Source: Anthoceros angustus
Lineage: Eukaryota > Plantae > Anthocerotophyta
Reading direction: 5' to 3'
DNA: 64,000 nucleotides
Assembly: GCA_010909165.1 (NCBI GenBank)
Contig: VJWM01000019.1
Span: 496,001 to 560,000, forward strand
The notes under the pieces are model-generated. The model saw nothing but the letters and a program-made list of their open reading frames with translations. It had not been told where the DNA came from and made no database searches. The translations under genes and the position numbers were made by a program. Shown piece after piece: positions 1 through 13,048 of this stretch. Numbering within the stretch: the stretch's first letter is position 1; each line of letters opens with the position of its first letter.

Positions 1-1692
1 CTGGTGCGAGTGGTGGATGCCGCCGCCGCCTCGGCAGGTGGGAGGAAGCAGGAGCTTCTGGGTAGTGGGCACCCGTGCAGGATCCAGGATGGACTGGCCT
101 GGGGAATGTCGTTGGGTCCTGACCGGAATTCTTCCTTCATTGCAGTCAGAAACTATGCAGCTCCGATTGTGAGTAGAGTGCGGTGTTTTGGTAGCTTCAC
201 GTCCATTGCTACCTCGCATTTTTGCCTTGTAGCAGGCATTAGAGTCAGCCAGCTGCGTGCAGGTGAAAGGCGGGAAGGCATCGAAGCAGAAACCCAGGCC
301 TTCTGATAAAATTGAACCTGAGAAGGATCCACGGCGCGTTAACAGGGCTGTGGTGGCCAGGAACATCCGCCTTATTGGCGAGGACGGTGAGTAAGTGCCT
401 GGGAAGGTGTGGTGTTTGTTGTCTAGATCTGCTAAACCTGCTGAAAAATGCTTGCCGGCATGGTGCTGTTTGTGGCAGGAAAAAGTCATGAGGTTCTTAC
501 GAGAGCAGAGGCTCTTCAGCGTGCCCTTCGTTCGGGTTTGGATCTCGTTGAGGTACTCATTTGAGGTCTAAGTGGAAAATGATAAGCATTGACAGTTTGA
601 TGCTAGTCAACTTGGGATTGCTGCTGCCTTGTCCAGTTTGGAGCATTTTTTTGATGTGTAGAAGCTTATCAATTCTTTCAGGTTGATGGCAAGGTTGATC
701 CTGTTGTCTGCAAGCTTATGGACTACAAGAAGGAGAAGTTTAAGGAGAAGCAACGTGAGAAGGAACTTCGTAAAAAGCAGGTCTGCGGCACCTTGTTGGT
801 GATTCCTCTGTAAGCTGGGACAGCAGCACGTCCGTGGAAATTCTTCCCACAGAGTGATTTGAAGGTGCATGGCATTCAGTGATGCAGTCACTAGGCTTGC
901 TAGGATCTTAGGTTCGGGGTTTAACAGGCACAGTAGGATGTTGGAATGAACCGTGATCATTGAAGTGTGTATGGGGGTGAGAGCTCTCAACACTGATATG
1001 TCATGCCAGGTGGAGAAACGTCGACTAGATGATATGAAGGAGATCCGATATGGCTTCAAAACGGTAAGCAAGCCTTTCACGTCCACCTGTTCTTGTTCAG
1101 AGAGGAGTTAGCCCTTTCTTGCGCAGTTGTTGAAACAATGCTCTAAATATCAGGAGCAGAAGGATCTGGAAATGAAGGCAGAGATGGCGACAAGATCTTT
1201 GCAGCGGGGACATAGAGTCAAGGTGACTGCAGCCTAGTGAAACCCTAACGCTCATGGCAACCATTTGTGCTGGCTTGTGGAAATGTCTCTGGAATGAACG
1301 TTAGTGGCTGCCCTGTTGTTGCTAGGTCACGATTCTGACGCAGGGTCAGGCTGCGGATGGTGTTCCTCTACAGCAGCTGCAGAAAATGATTGATCTGGTA
1401 AGTAACCATGGCACCCCGGAAGGTCAATTGAAGTCAAGAGCCGGCTGCGTGACTCATGCCTGTTGGTGCACCACAGCTCAAGGATGTGTCCAAGATTGAG
1501 GTGGGTCCAAGATTGGATCCCACTCGCACCTGGGTGCTACTGCGACCTCTTTCGGTGACTTCCAGAAAGTCGGGACAAAAGTCAGGCGTCAAGGACGGGA
1601 GCGGTGATAGTGGTGACGATAGTGACAACGATGAGCCTCATCAAGTCGATGGCTTGGAAGACGATGGCGCTGCAATTCGGAGTATGAAATGA
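1..1692 (+). CDS. IF3: Organellar (probably mitochondrial) translation initiation factor IF-3, spliced, 5' end at or outside the window edge
   Basis: GT-AG exons translate to RVNRAVVARNIRLIGEDG / KSHEVLTRAEALQRALRSGLDLVE / VDGKVDPVVCKLMDYKKEKF / KRRLDDMKEIRYGFKT / EQKDLEMKAEMATRSLQRGHRVK / LKDVSKIEVGPRLDPTRTWVLLRP. These match IF3-N and IF3-C motifs. Stop at 1690-1692. Confidence 0.82.
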
Positions 1693-2080
1693 GTCAAAAC
1701 TCTTTGGAGTCCCCGTCAGTGCTCTCGTCATTGACAACTGTGTGTCTATGTCGCTGAATGGAGCTCAATGCAATAGAACAAATGAAGCATTCAGCAAATT
1801 TTCCTTGCAAGTGGCAGACGAAGAGCGTTGAAGCTAAAAGTTGTGGATCCATCTTCGGATTGCACGACATTAGAAGGAAAGCCAAAGACGGATGGGCCCA
1901 AAGAATTGCTAGGATACAGGAGAAGTCTTGGATGTCTCGTCAACCGGGAGTCCAGTACCAGAGAGAAGAATATCTACATGTGCACCGAAGGAATTGACCT
2001 TCGTGACGAAACCTAAGCGACTCCTCTAGTAATGCGACAGTCTTGTCAAGGGAGAGAAGGAACACTACCAGGCAGGCCCA

Positions 2081-5000
2081 TCAAAAGACTGGACAGCCGG
2101 GGATTGAAACTCCTGGAGCTGTCGGGCACTGGGCAAGCTCGCAGTGATCTGTGGCTCCTGTGGGATAGCCCCACCAATATAGTTGCTTGCCCTCGTACTG
2201 CAGAGCAAGATATATCAAAGGTCCAGCAAAAGCAACTCCAGTATCCAAAGCAGCTGACAGCACGTAGTTGTATCGCTGCCACCATCTCTTCCGGTAGTTG
2301 AATATGAAGTAGTTGAATATCATGCCCATCACGAACCACGACGTGTAGTTGATGGGCGATGCTGGAGGCATTAGTGATGTAGCACCAATTAAAATGGGCA
2401 AGTTTATCTTCCTCAGCCAATGCTGTGACAAACAAAGAACATAGTCAGAAGGCGTCATAACATTCAAGTCACGGGGCTTCCTTCTTGAAGTTCAGCAAGT
2501 TTACCTCGTGCCTTGGAAAAGCCTTAGCCAGGAGCCAGACGGGTACAGGGGCCAAAGCTCCAAAGAGGAAGAACCAGTTCAACTGCTTGTATTGCCCTTC
2601 GGAACCAAACATGCGCTTCGGACCTACAAGACCCCAAATGATGGTAGCCGAGAAGAATGTGTTGGCACTTGGGCAACTCCAGGTGCCACTATTTGGATCG
2701 CAGAGATTTTCCTTGGTGCCATACAGCCAGTAAGCTACTCCCAAGTTCACCAAACCTGCAAGGACTGTTCCCACCACCTGCAAACCACGGTACTTCAGAG
2801 AAACCGACAGAGCAACTGTTTGCGACATGTTTGTGAGGAGACGGAGAGAGGCACACCTGAACTAAGAACATTGGGCGAGGTGGGATTTTCATGTAGTGGC
2901 CGAGCTTGAAGTCCTGTAGGAAGGAGACTGCTTGGGTCATACTGATGTATCCATACGTTTTGAAACAGGCGTTGGCTATGGGATGGCCAGGTTTCATGTA
3001 ACCAATGATCATCTCGGTGATGATGTTCAAGCCAGGCACCTGCATGCAGCGATCAAAACAAGGAGCCATCAGCAGGCAGAAGCAGCACGACAGGGCTTAT
3101 GAGGCAACCAAACGGATTGGAGACGAAGGAAAGTACCTGGTTGGTTGTGGCTGCGATGACACCAATGGGTAGTGTGAAGACAAAGGAGAGGACGATAGCC
3201 ATGAGAAGTCCCCACCATCTCAGCTGAAGCACGCTGTTCCAGCCTTCCAGCGCTGCAATGGCGACGCCGATGTTGATGACTAGCAGTGCCCAGAACCACC
3301 ATGAAGGAATGTCCGGGTACTTCTTCATCAGCCGTGTGTGAATATCCTGCGGCACGTCCTTCTCTCCTGCCAAGAGTATTTCAACCTCGCTGATGTTATT
3401 CTGTGACAAAAAAAAGCATCCTCCGAAAGGAAAAGCCAATACCGACATGGATCTTACTCGAAGCAAGGAAGCGATTCTTGATCTCCTTTCCGTGCCAGAG
3501 GAACACATGAGACAGGGTTGCAGTCAGCGAAGCAAAGCCCAAGCCGTATGTTACAGCGAAGAAGACAGACAGCCGAGGGGGCCCGAAGGCTTCGTATTTT
3601 GCGATGTCCAAATCGAGGCCGGTCGATGTGACCACCTGGAGACATTTCGGTGCACGCGGTGTTAGCAGTGCAAGCAAAGCCTGGCAAGCGAGGAGACTTG
3701 TGTGCAAAATCCATGGCAGCTTACTTCTCTGACTGGGTAGTGGGATCCATTCCTCAGAAAGAGAGAACTGGAGAGGATAGGATAAGTCTTGGCGTCATAC
3801 AGGTTTCCCCAATACGCCGCTGGGGCAATTACATACGTCATGATCGCAAACCCGACGCCGATGTTCACGATTGCGAACCAAGGGGATGCCAGTGGGGACA
3901 ACAGGAAAGAGCTGATGGTGGCCCAGTCGATGGCAATTGCCCCGGCACCCAGCCCACGGATACCTGCCACATTGGAAGCATGTCTAAGTACCAGGGTAAG
4001 ATGAGCCCACAAGCCTTGCCTCAGGCGTGTGTCGCTGCTTGCAGTGCATAACCAGGAAACAGGTGACTCTGACCTGAACCAATCTGGTGAGCGGTAACAG
4101 AGTCTTTCCATGCCCAGCAGACCCATGACAAGCTTGTCACTGTAGCAAATAGATAAGTAGGAAACAGATACCATGCAAAGCTACCGACCGTAGCAATTGC
4201 AAAGAATTGCAACCGAGTGAGTCCCTTCCTCGGTTCCTCTTCATGCAAAGTCCTGGACAGCAAGAGGACACATTTCATGAGGTTGCAGAGGAAACAACAA
4301 ATGCAGATCGGCTCCTCCTTCAGCCTGTTGTCAGGCCAGCAAGCTCACCTGAACAAGGACACGTTCACCAGATTCTGTGGCCACCACATGTGAGCTGGAT
4401 CCTGCAAATGGCATCACTGTTACACGATTGCCGATAAAGCTCAATGTCAGATCTTCTGCATGCTTCTCACAACCGGATACCGAACCTCTTACCACAAGAT
4501 ACTTTCTCAACAGGCCGGCCCATCCATAGCCCAGCACCTGAGTCGTAGTCACCAGCAGAAAAGCTGCGAAGAAATTGATGTCCTGTTTCCAATCCACCAC
4601 ATGCAAGAGTATGAAACAACCACACCGAGGAGACTAACCATCAGCACGCGCTCACCAACTCCCCAGCCTCACACACCTTCCCGTAGAAGGCAGGCAACTT
4701 GATGAGCGAGACAATGTCAATCGCATACGCATTGCCATTCCCAAACGCATACCCACAATTCGCGAAGATGGTGATGAGCACGTGCTCCTGCAGGAACAAG
4801 CAACCAGACCAGCCTCAAAACCCGACCTCTCCAATCAGCTCGCACCGGCACCAAAACGACCCAACAACAACCCAACACCTTGATGTTGAAGGGCCCGGGA
4901 TTCAAATCAACCCCTAGAATCCTCCAATTCGGCACCAGCCGGGCCATGGATCGCCCCATATACAGGGACAAAATCTGGCCGGCCAGCGCCGAGATGAAGA

Positions 5001-5332
5001 ACGGGGAGGACCGGAACCAGAAAAACTGGTTCACAAACGACAGGAAGGCGCATATCACCACCCCGATAACCCAGGTGCGGATGGTGAGCGTCCTCAAGCT
5101 GGTATCATCCTTGGTGGAGACGGTGAGATTCACCTCCTCGATGGGCGAAACATCATCCTCCTGCCACACCCAACAACCCAACAAGCATAAGCGCCTCCTC
5201 CCTACCGCCCACCACGCCCAAACTTCCTCCCTCACCAGACCCACAAACCACCCGCACCTGCTCCAGCCCCTCAAGCCCTCCATTCTCCTCCACGGCCTTC
5301 ACCACCGGGTCGACAGGCCCTTCCGTCGCCAT
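2081..5332 (-). CDS. OPT: OPT-family oligopeptide transporter, multi-exon
   Basis: Exons give [81 protein letters not shown] and a C-terminal [18 protein letters not shown] inferred at 5332. Confidence 0.93.
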
Positions 5333-6605
5333 CGCAACCTTTTCTCCGCCCGCAACCCCGCCAAATCGATTCCCAGAGCCCGGCTCCCTCTCAGCGCATC
5401 CCCATCCGCATTCCCCCTCCCTCGGCACCTGCTTTGCTTTCCTGCGGGCATCCGCCGATGCGAGGCTCAAGAGCAGGGTGTCGGGAAGCGCGCCAGGCTG
5501 TACCAGGTCTGCGGGCACCTCGACGCGGCTGCGAGGCCAGCCTGTGTTTCCCGAGAGACGACGCAAGGAGCGGAGCGGGGCGGTCGAGGCAAAGACAAAA
5601 CTCCGGCTGCCTTCTTTCCACGGCCGGACAAGCTTGTCTGCTTGCTTACTATATACATATCCGCTACTGTAGACGGGTCTCGGAACCTGGCGCCAATACC
5701 TAATCTAAACATAGACGCCCACTTAAGCTCGGCCGCCAGACAAGTAAAATACGTTATGCCCCCACCTACCTGTCGAATTCTTCCCACATCTTTGGAACGG
5801 GATCTTGTTCATCCATGTACATACTGTACATGTGCACTTTGTGGTAGGACCAAGACCAAGCTGGTTAATCGGCTTCGTTTTCGCCCGGTCAACGCTAGTG
5901 AGAACAGGGCTGCTTTTCGTCCTTGACTGCGGCGCACTGGGACAATCACGACCTGTGCAATGTGCGATCTGTTTATTTTTAGGTGTACGTACCTTATCCA
6001 GTCCATTCCATCAACTTACGTAATAGTGACGTAGCAAATGGTAGGATTATCGAGTTATGTATCAAATCTACCAGTGGCTGAGAGAAGATATTTTATTTTA
6101 TTAATTTTATGTATAATTTTATTTACATCATTTGAAGTTATTTCAAAGTTCAGTACAAAATTTTATAGGTTAGAACTAAGTTAAAATTTTCTTCGATTTT
6201 AACAAAGGATGAGTCTTTACGTACTACCGTACCCCGAGGGGTGGTTCAACAGGGTAATGCCGAAATAATTATTTTTTGAAAAATATAAGGTTCAACATAC
6301 ATATTTATATTTTTCAAAATTTTAACATTTATAAAAAATAATTTTATCAAATTTCAACATTTATTAAAATACATAGGTATCTATATACAACTAATAGATA
6401 TGTGTAGACCTCCCCTAAACAAGCCCTAATTTTCCACACATAGATACCCTAGTTTCCCAAGCACCCTCGCCTCTAGCTTTTCAAACAGGCCCTAGTTTTA
6501 AACAAGTCTTAGTTTCTAAAAAGCCCTAGCTTTTCAAACCAAGATCAACCTAATTTTATTGGGTGTTTCTTGTTTGGGAAAGTGGCTGCTTGCAAGCACC
6601 CAAAC

Positions 6606-8200
6606 ATGGCAACAAATAAACAATCTCGTCTAACAACCATGTTTCGTAAGATTGAGAGAGAGAGAGAGGATCTTGAAATTGCCGAGATGTGCACTTGCTT
6701 TCTACAAGAGTAGGGACTTCACATGAAAAGTTTTAGAGTGAGACCTATGAAGCGACCAATTGGAAGACCTCGAAGACAACATGTGAAGCGCTTCTTCTAC
6801 CAATGAAGAGGATCAAGCAAGAGGATGAGGATGTCAGGAGCGATACGCACAAGAAACGAAGAGGTCCTTATACTAACTAGTTTCAAGACCATTTATGGCC
6901 TCCTATAGAAGCAAGTGTTAGGAAGCATAGGAATTTTGCAGCAGCATTGCATTACCTTAAGACTACCCATGGAAAGCCAGGGATGGACAATCCATATACC
7001 AAGTTGATGCGTTGATCCTTATACACTTGGTTTGACTCGGAGACATGGGAGTTAAAGCCTGCGTACAAGCTTGCAGTTAGTAAAAAGTCTGCAGCATCCA
7101 GGCCAACTATCAACATTGGACCTTTGGAAGATAGACTGATTTGAGAAAGGAGCTTGGTGATTTCTTGAGAACCTTGAGGGATGAGGGGAACCAATCAATG
7201 CCCCTCTTGTCCAACCATGTCAAGGCATTATTAAAGCTAGGGCACTGAACTCATTGGAAAGCGGAACTTTCGAGGTTAGCATTGATTGGACAAGGAAGTT
7301 CATGAAAAGGAACTCTCATGGTCCTACCGAGCATCTACTGCCTTCTAAGCTCCGGAGACTTGGGAAGATGAAGGAAGAATGATGGCATATACAGGAGCTT
7401 ACCTCTCCAGAGCTTATGATATTCCGCCTGAACTTGTTGTCAATAGTGATCAAACTAGAATCCACTTGGTTCCTACAAAGGGAGAACGCACATGGGAGGT
7501 TAAAGGGACAAGAGACATCAAGGTGCTTGGGGTAGAGGACAAGAGGCAAATTACCGCAGTGGTATCTTCATCAGCTGCAGGTCACTTACTACCGCTCCAA
7601 ATCATCTTCACAGGAACAACAAGTAGGTCGGTACCCAAAGGTCATGGTGGTGCCAAGCTATGTGTAGGAGCAGGATTTCATTCAACATATACTAGCACTC
7701 ATTGGTCTACATTAGAGTCATCGAAGGCATATGTGAAGGAAATCTTGATCCCTTACTATGAAAGGCAACTGGATGTCTTAAGGCTAGCCACAAGGCAAAA
7801 GACGATATGGATTATAGATTGGAGTGTTCACAAAAGCAAGGAATTCTAGACTGGATGAAAAGGACTTACCCTTTGATATGTGATCTTCATTCCGCTAGAT
7901 GTACTAGCAAGTTGCAACTCTTGATGTAGTCTCACGACTTGAAGCATGCTTTCAGCGAGAATGCAGATATGGACAAGCTTATTGAAGAGCAACTCAACGA
8001 AGGAAGAAAAATTGCTGTTAATCTCAAACTGAAAAACTTGAAGCCCAAAGTGTGTGAATGGTTATTCAATGCAATGAGGACTATTTATCTGAAATAGTGG
8101 ATGTGACGAAGAAATGTTTGGCTACAGCAGAAGCTTTAACAAGTGGACAAGCATCAACCTGCAGCAAAAACAAAGCTAGAATGAAACAGTTAGTCAGGAA
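6606..8200 (+). pseudogene. DDE_1 (pogo-type) transposase, frameshifted
   Basis: ORF 7379-7849 reads VVNSDQT...EDKRQITAVV...GHLLPLQIIFTG...WIIDWSVHKS. Upstream pieces include MKRPIGRPR. Downstream pieces are broken by stops and frameshifts. Confidence 0.8.
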
Positions 8201-8437
8201 GAATAAACATCCACAGGATCTTTGGAACAATAATGAAAACCTGGTAGATAGCCATAGGAATGAGACTAACTAGGGTTCCTAGGGACTTGACCCTGACTTT
8301 TAATTAAGGAGCTGACCCTAACTAGGGAAACCTTAGCAACCTAGGTGAGGAACTAACCCTAGCTACCTAAGAAGAGGACTATCCCTTGCTAGAGACTTGA
8401 AAGAAAAATTGCCTCCTGAAACAAGATAAGTACGTAC

Positions 8438-9010
8438 CTCATCAAGTGCAACCTCCAGATAGTGAGGGGACAATTCTGCATCCCACTCACGGTGAATGGG
8501 AGTGTAAACGACCTTGTGGATCAGAGGGATTGTAATAACACAATTGCTCGAGTAGATAATATACAGTCAAATGCTCACTCGATACAACTGCACCATACAC
8601 CGCACCACTGCATTAACGTAAGAATCATGTACTACTATATCAAGAACTTCGTTCCCAAGCAACAGCTGTAGGCTACCATCAGACCATTTCACAAATCTTG
8701 CATTGCTCTCAAACTGCAACAACAAAGTTCCACAATCAATCAAAACACCTAAGGTCCTCTCTTCATGGAAAACTGGCTCATAAGTCCAAATAGGCACCAC
8801 CTACTTCAAAAATTGTTGATCAACTTACAGTCAAGGACCCATTGCAATTCGTGATTGCCCTCCACCAAGCAACATTCTCCCTCTCGCCATCGCTCTGAGC
8901 TCTCTCTGTATCACTCAGATCCTGCTGGCGACCCAGAAGCAGACGGATGCGACTCCGAGGTGCTACGTCCTGCTCATCTTCCGACTCCACTCCAGCTGAG
9001 GTTGTAGCCT
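8438..9010 (-). pseudogene. LEO1: Captured fragments of LEO1/VIP4 (PAF1 complex subunit)
   Basis: FESNARFVKWSDGSLQLLLGNEVLDI (ORF 8567-8800) matches the Leo1 core as I recall it from VIP4 (SESNARFVRWSDGSLQLLIGNEVLNI). Also HYLEVALDE (cf. GYLEDALDE) near 8438-8470, and acidic N-terminal-like pieces SEDEQDVAPRSR and QSDGERE. Confidence 0.8.
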
Positions 9011-9019
9011 CAACATGAC

Positions 9020-9460
9020 CTCGCGATCTGACCTCACGCCTTGCGGCGACCATGTAGCGACCTCGCGAAAAAGGCGTGACCTCGTATCTGCGACCTCGCG
9101 AGGCTGCGGCCTCTGACCTCGCGAGGCTGCGGCCTCGCGAGGCTGCGGCCTCTGACCTCGCGAGGCTGCGGCCTCGCGAGGCTGCGGCCTCTGACCTCGC
9201 ATCGCGAGGTTGCGATCTGACCTCGCGAAAAAGGCGTGACCTCGCGGCAAAAAACTTTGCGACCTCGCGAGGCTGCGGGCTCACCGCGAGGCTGCGGCCT
9301 CTGACCTCGCGAGGCTGCGGCCTCTGACCTCGCGAGGCTGCGGCCTCGCGAGGCTGCGGCCTCTGACCTCGCGAGGCTGCGGCCTCGCGAGGCTGCGGCC
9401 TCGCGAGGCTGCGGCCTCGCGAGGCTGCTGCGACTCTGCGACCTCGCGATCTGACCTCCA
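9020..9460. repeat. GC-rich minisatellite of 16-bp (CCTCGCGAGGCTGCGG) and 23-bp units
   Basis: About 13 perfect copies of the palindrome CCTCGCGAGG counted by eye between 9094 and 9425. It generates the repetitive ORFs 8820-9461 and 9034-9486. Confidence 0.95.
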
Positions 9461-10069
9461 TGATTGCCCTTTCTCTGTTTCGGCATTTAGACTCTTAAAT
9501 ATTTACACATTCGGCATTTTAAGCATAATAGTTTTTAGATTTTCAACTTTTACTAATTCTAATTAATTAACGCCGAATCACCCCTCGGGGTACGGTACTC
9601 CCATATGAGAAATCCCAAGTTTAACTAGACTATGAACCTAGGTTTTTTGTAGTAAAGTAATTTTTATTATAACATAACTAGAATTTATTTTTAATTCATT
9701 TAAATTATAATAATAGTTTGAGCTTATAGATACTTTATGACTTCATTAGTGCCCCCTAGCCTGGGGCCCTTTTGTGGGGTTTGCCACATCGTCTTCATGT
9801 GGTAAGGGACTTCCTCATCTCTGCTTTTTTATAAACTCTCCACGTTCCTCTTCATTATAAATTATCTACCATGGTTGATATAGCCATTAGGCACCTTAAT
9901 GCCTAATGGAGTTTTATGTTTTAAGCATATAAGTTTTATGTTTATTGTTTTATGGAACTTGTTGTAGAGAATCAACATCCTGACCCATTACATGAGTTTT
10001 TCATGATATTAGAAATGAGATTTCCCTCATCTAATCCTTTAAAAATTAAAGAATTAGTATTGTGAGGCC

Positions 10070-10760
10070 TCCGTCGACGACTCTGGGGCCCACTTAGCTC
10101 GTTGTTCAATTCGTGAGCAGCGCAGCGCTATACACGACCTAGTCCGAGATGTCACGTTCTACATTGCCAGGGAGAGTGAATTCTTTCCTTTCAGGGAGCG
10201 CCCGTATACTTTGTCTAACTGCGTTTCTCTCAGGGCTAACCTAATTCTCACCTAGAGGGAACCAAGTCTCTGCTGTAGATATGGTTGTAAGACCCTACTC
10301 GGGATACCGTCTACAAGTATGTCATCATCAACCCTGCAGGTTGGGCAGCGGAGGGATGCAGGGATGCGCTACAACCAAGGTTCACAAGTACACACCCTCA
10401 TGTAGAAAGGCCATGCTTTCATTCCTTTTGCTAGCAAGACGCATGGCACCATGGCAAGGACTTCTCCAGGTTTATTAAGGCTTGTGCTAAAGCATACCAC
10501 GTGCGCATTAATGAGCTAGGTCTCCCTCTTTCCTTTGTGGTGGCTTTCTTCCGTCAACAAGTATGCATTGCCTTGCAGAGGGCATTGGCAAACGCGATTT
10601 TCAGGACGACTTCGAACGCGGAGTACGTAGCATTTTCAGCTGCAGTGTTGAGTAGGCCTTTCCTTATTTCAGATTATGGCATCTTGAGAGTGGTAGTTAG
10701 CTTCAGGGTAGACAACCGGGGTGTTAGTCCCCATGGCGTGCCCCCCGCATATATCTATAA
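10070..10760 (+). mobile_element. 3' fragment of a CRE-like RLE non-LTR retrotransposon
   Basis: VDDSGAHLARC...HDLVRD (zinc knuckle), KVHKY...HAFIPFA and FFRQQVCIALQRALANAI (RLE C-terminus). Homologous to 60200-60865 and 61950-62450. Confidence 0.72.
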
Positions 10761-11083
10761 AGTCTCCAAATACATATTCAAGAATAATAAATAAAATAAT
10801 CTAGCAAAGAATACATTAGTATTTTAGGTCAAAACTTTATAATCTTTCTTGACTAAAGAAGTGAGCATGTTTTAGTGGACTTCAATTGATTGCTTCATAT
10901 GGGTTGGAGCCTATTTGTCAAGATCATTCATCACCTTAACTCATAGTATTGTAGAATTGTAGTGTACCATATCCAAAAGCATTAGGTATGCCATGTGCTT
11001 CTCCTTTTCTTGATTTTTTCAACTTGAGGATTAAACAAGACACACATGCCTGTGTGTCATATGAGCTTATTGGAGTATAAACC

Positions 11084-13048
11084 ATGAAACTAGACAAGAT
11101 TTCAATGGGTGCATTGCGATCAACGATTTGTTGTTCTCCAACTTGCTCGGAAAATTTTGAAGACGTGACCGATGATGCTTGTGCAAGAACTATGACCGAT
11201 AAAAAGATTTCACCAAATTCTCCGAAGCAAAAGGATGCCAAAATGAAGGATTTTATTATAGATGAAGATGCTGCAAATTGGATTAAGAAAACAAAGTATC
11301 CGACGGAAGCTAGATTGCTAGAAAATTGGGATCAAGCTTATGAGGCAACACCAAATGTTTGCAAGATGGATGAACTAGAAGATACTAGTTTGCAACTTAG
11401 ATTGGGAAGGGATGGAGATGTTGATAAGTGGCATGAAAAATGTCACATTGAGCTGCCCTTAAGAAAGGTAGCAGAAGAAATATCTTTAGCTTCCCGTGAT
11501 GACGCTGTGGATTTGAAGTGTGAACAACCATCTACAAGAGAACATAAACTAAGAGCAAAAAAATGCAATAAGAGAGATGATGACCAGTATACTGTACCTG
11601 ATTTGATTTCCAATAGATGGAATAATGAAGGTGCACAAACGGAAAGATGGGAGTCAATTGAGAAGCAAGGAAGTTCAAGGGGTGGTTGTGTAATAGAACC
11701 TCACCTTAACAGCATTCACAAAGCAAATGTATTCTCCATCAAACCTTTTGGTATCTATATTGATATATGTGGTTTCAAATGTCAAGGTTTTGTGCACTAT
11801 ACTCAAATAACGCACCATGAGGTAAATATTTCACCTTATTGATACTCCTCATTTACTCAATTTTTTTTGTCCTCCTTCTGCATAGTTGTGAAGCTTAATT
11901 GTCATAAAGTCTTCTTGAATATTGATATAGATTATAAGAAGAGATGCCCAAGACATTGAAAAGATCCGAGCTATTTCTGCTATTTTACATGAAGGCGACG
12001 AGGTTTGGGTGAAAATAATTTCTCGAAAACAAGAGAAGGAAGATGTTAGACTTTTTTGCTCTATAAAGTCTGTATCCCAAGATGATGGTAGGGATTTGGA
12101 TCCAGATAATGTTTTCTTTGAAAGAAGTTCGATGAAACCTACAACATGGCAACCATCTTCAAAGGTACTAATGTCCAACAATCAATTCTATCATGTAGGA
12201 AATAATTTGGTGAAATTACAATGTGCAAAAAAATCTTGTTTTTCTTTTGTAGAGAAATTTAAGGTAATAGTTACAATGATAAGAACATGGGATGTTCACA
12301 AATCTTGAAGTTTCTGGCACGATGTGTATTACAACAATATCAATTTTTTTGGTATGATGATGCAGCTAAAAACCAATGTTGGATATACTCGAGTAGACAA
12401 CTACGAGAACGACAAAACAGAAAGTCACGCAAAGTTTTCTCATAATTATGAAATTCGTGAAGAATGTACTAGTTCTGGATTTGAAAGTAATCAACTAGTG
12501 CAGCCAAGATTTCAGCCATTTCGTGCAACTTCTATTGAAAAGGGTGAACACACATCATTTATTCTTTAGTTCTTATGTTGGACTATAACTACTTGTTAGC
12601 TAAGGGCGTAACATTCTACACAAGATTTTTTGAATATCTGAGAATAATAATAAATTCTAAATTTGAAATAGGTAAATCTCAAGCTATTGGAATTCCTGGT
12701 TGGAGTATGCCCACAAGTATTGGAAGAGGCAGAGCTATGGTGACACCTGCTTGGATGACGCATGGGATTGGTGTGGGTGGTGAATCTCCTGCACCAATAC
12801 CAACATCTTCAGATCTTTGTACTCCTGTTGTCTATAATAATATGAGGGAGACATGTTGTCCAAGCCAAACTACATCAAATATGTGTGAAACAAAATTCTC
12901 GAGTCTTGCTAGGCGGTCTATAGAAGACACCCAAAGAACTAGAAAACAGAAAAAGAAAGAAAGGAAAGACGCACGTAAGTATCATAAGCGTAATAAGAGG
13001 CCAAGAGATGAAAGTAACCTAATTCACGATCACCGCAACAGGTTTTAA
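11084..13048 (+). CDS. S1-domain protein, pNO40/ZCCHC17-like, AT-rich and divergent, spliced
   Basis: PHLNSIHKANVFSIKPFGIYIDICGFKCQGFVHYTQI, then an intron (about 11823-11930), then LHEGDEVWVKII...SIKSVSQDDGRDLDPDN. GRGRAMVTPAWMTHG and a K/R-rich tail follow. Exon structure of the 3' half is uncertain. Confidence 0.6.

Larger units (their letters stand above)
6227..9595 (+). mobile_element. pogo/Tc1-mariner-like DNA transposon, decayed, carrying host gene fragments
   Basis: Perfect 17-bp TIRs CCGTACCCCGAGGGGTG at 6227-6243 and 9579-9595, each flanked by TA. Subterminal AATGCCGAA motif near both ends. Internal DDE_1-type transposase remnants. Confidence 0.87.

Noticed and set aside
4880-5926. 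348-aa plus-strand ORF
   Set aside because: Antisense shadow of the GC-rich first exons and promoter of OPT. No domain recognised.
8270-8400. CCCTA/TAGGG-rich tract suggesting telomeric repeats (also 6410-6560)
   Set aside because: Not tandem TTTAGGG; scattered motifs inside the pogo element.
8820-9486. Long repetitive ORFs (RPQPRE / AAASRG repeats)
   Set aside because: By-products of the stop-free GC minisatellite.
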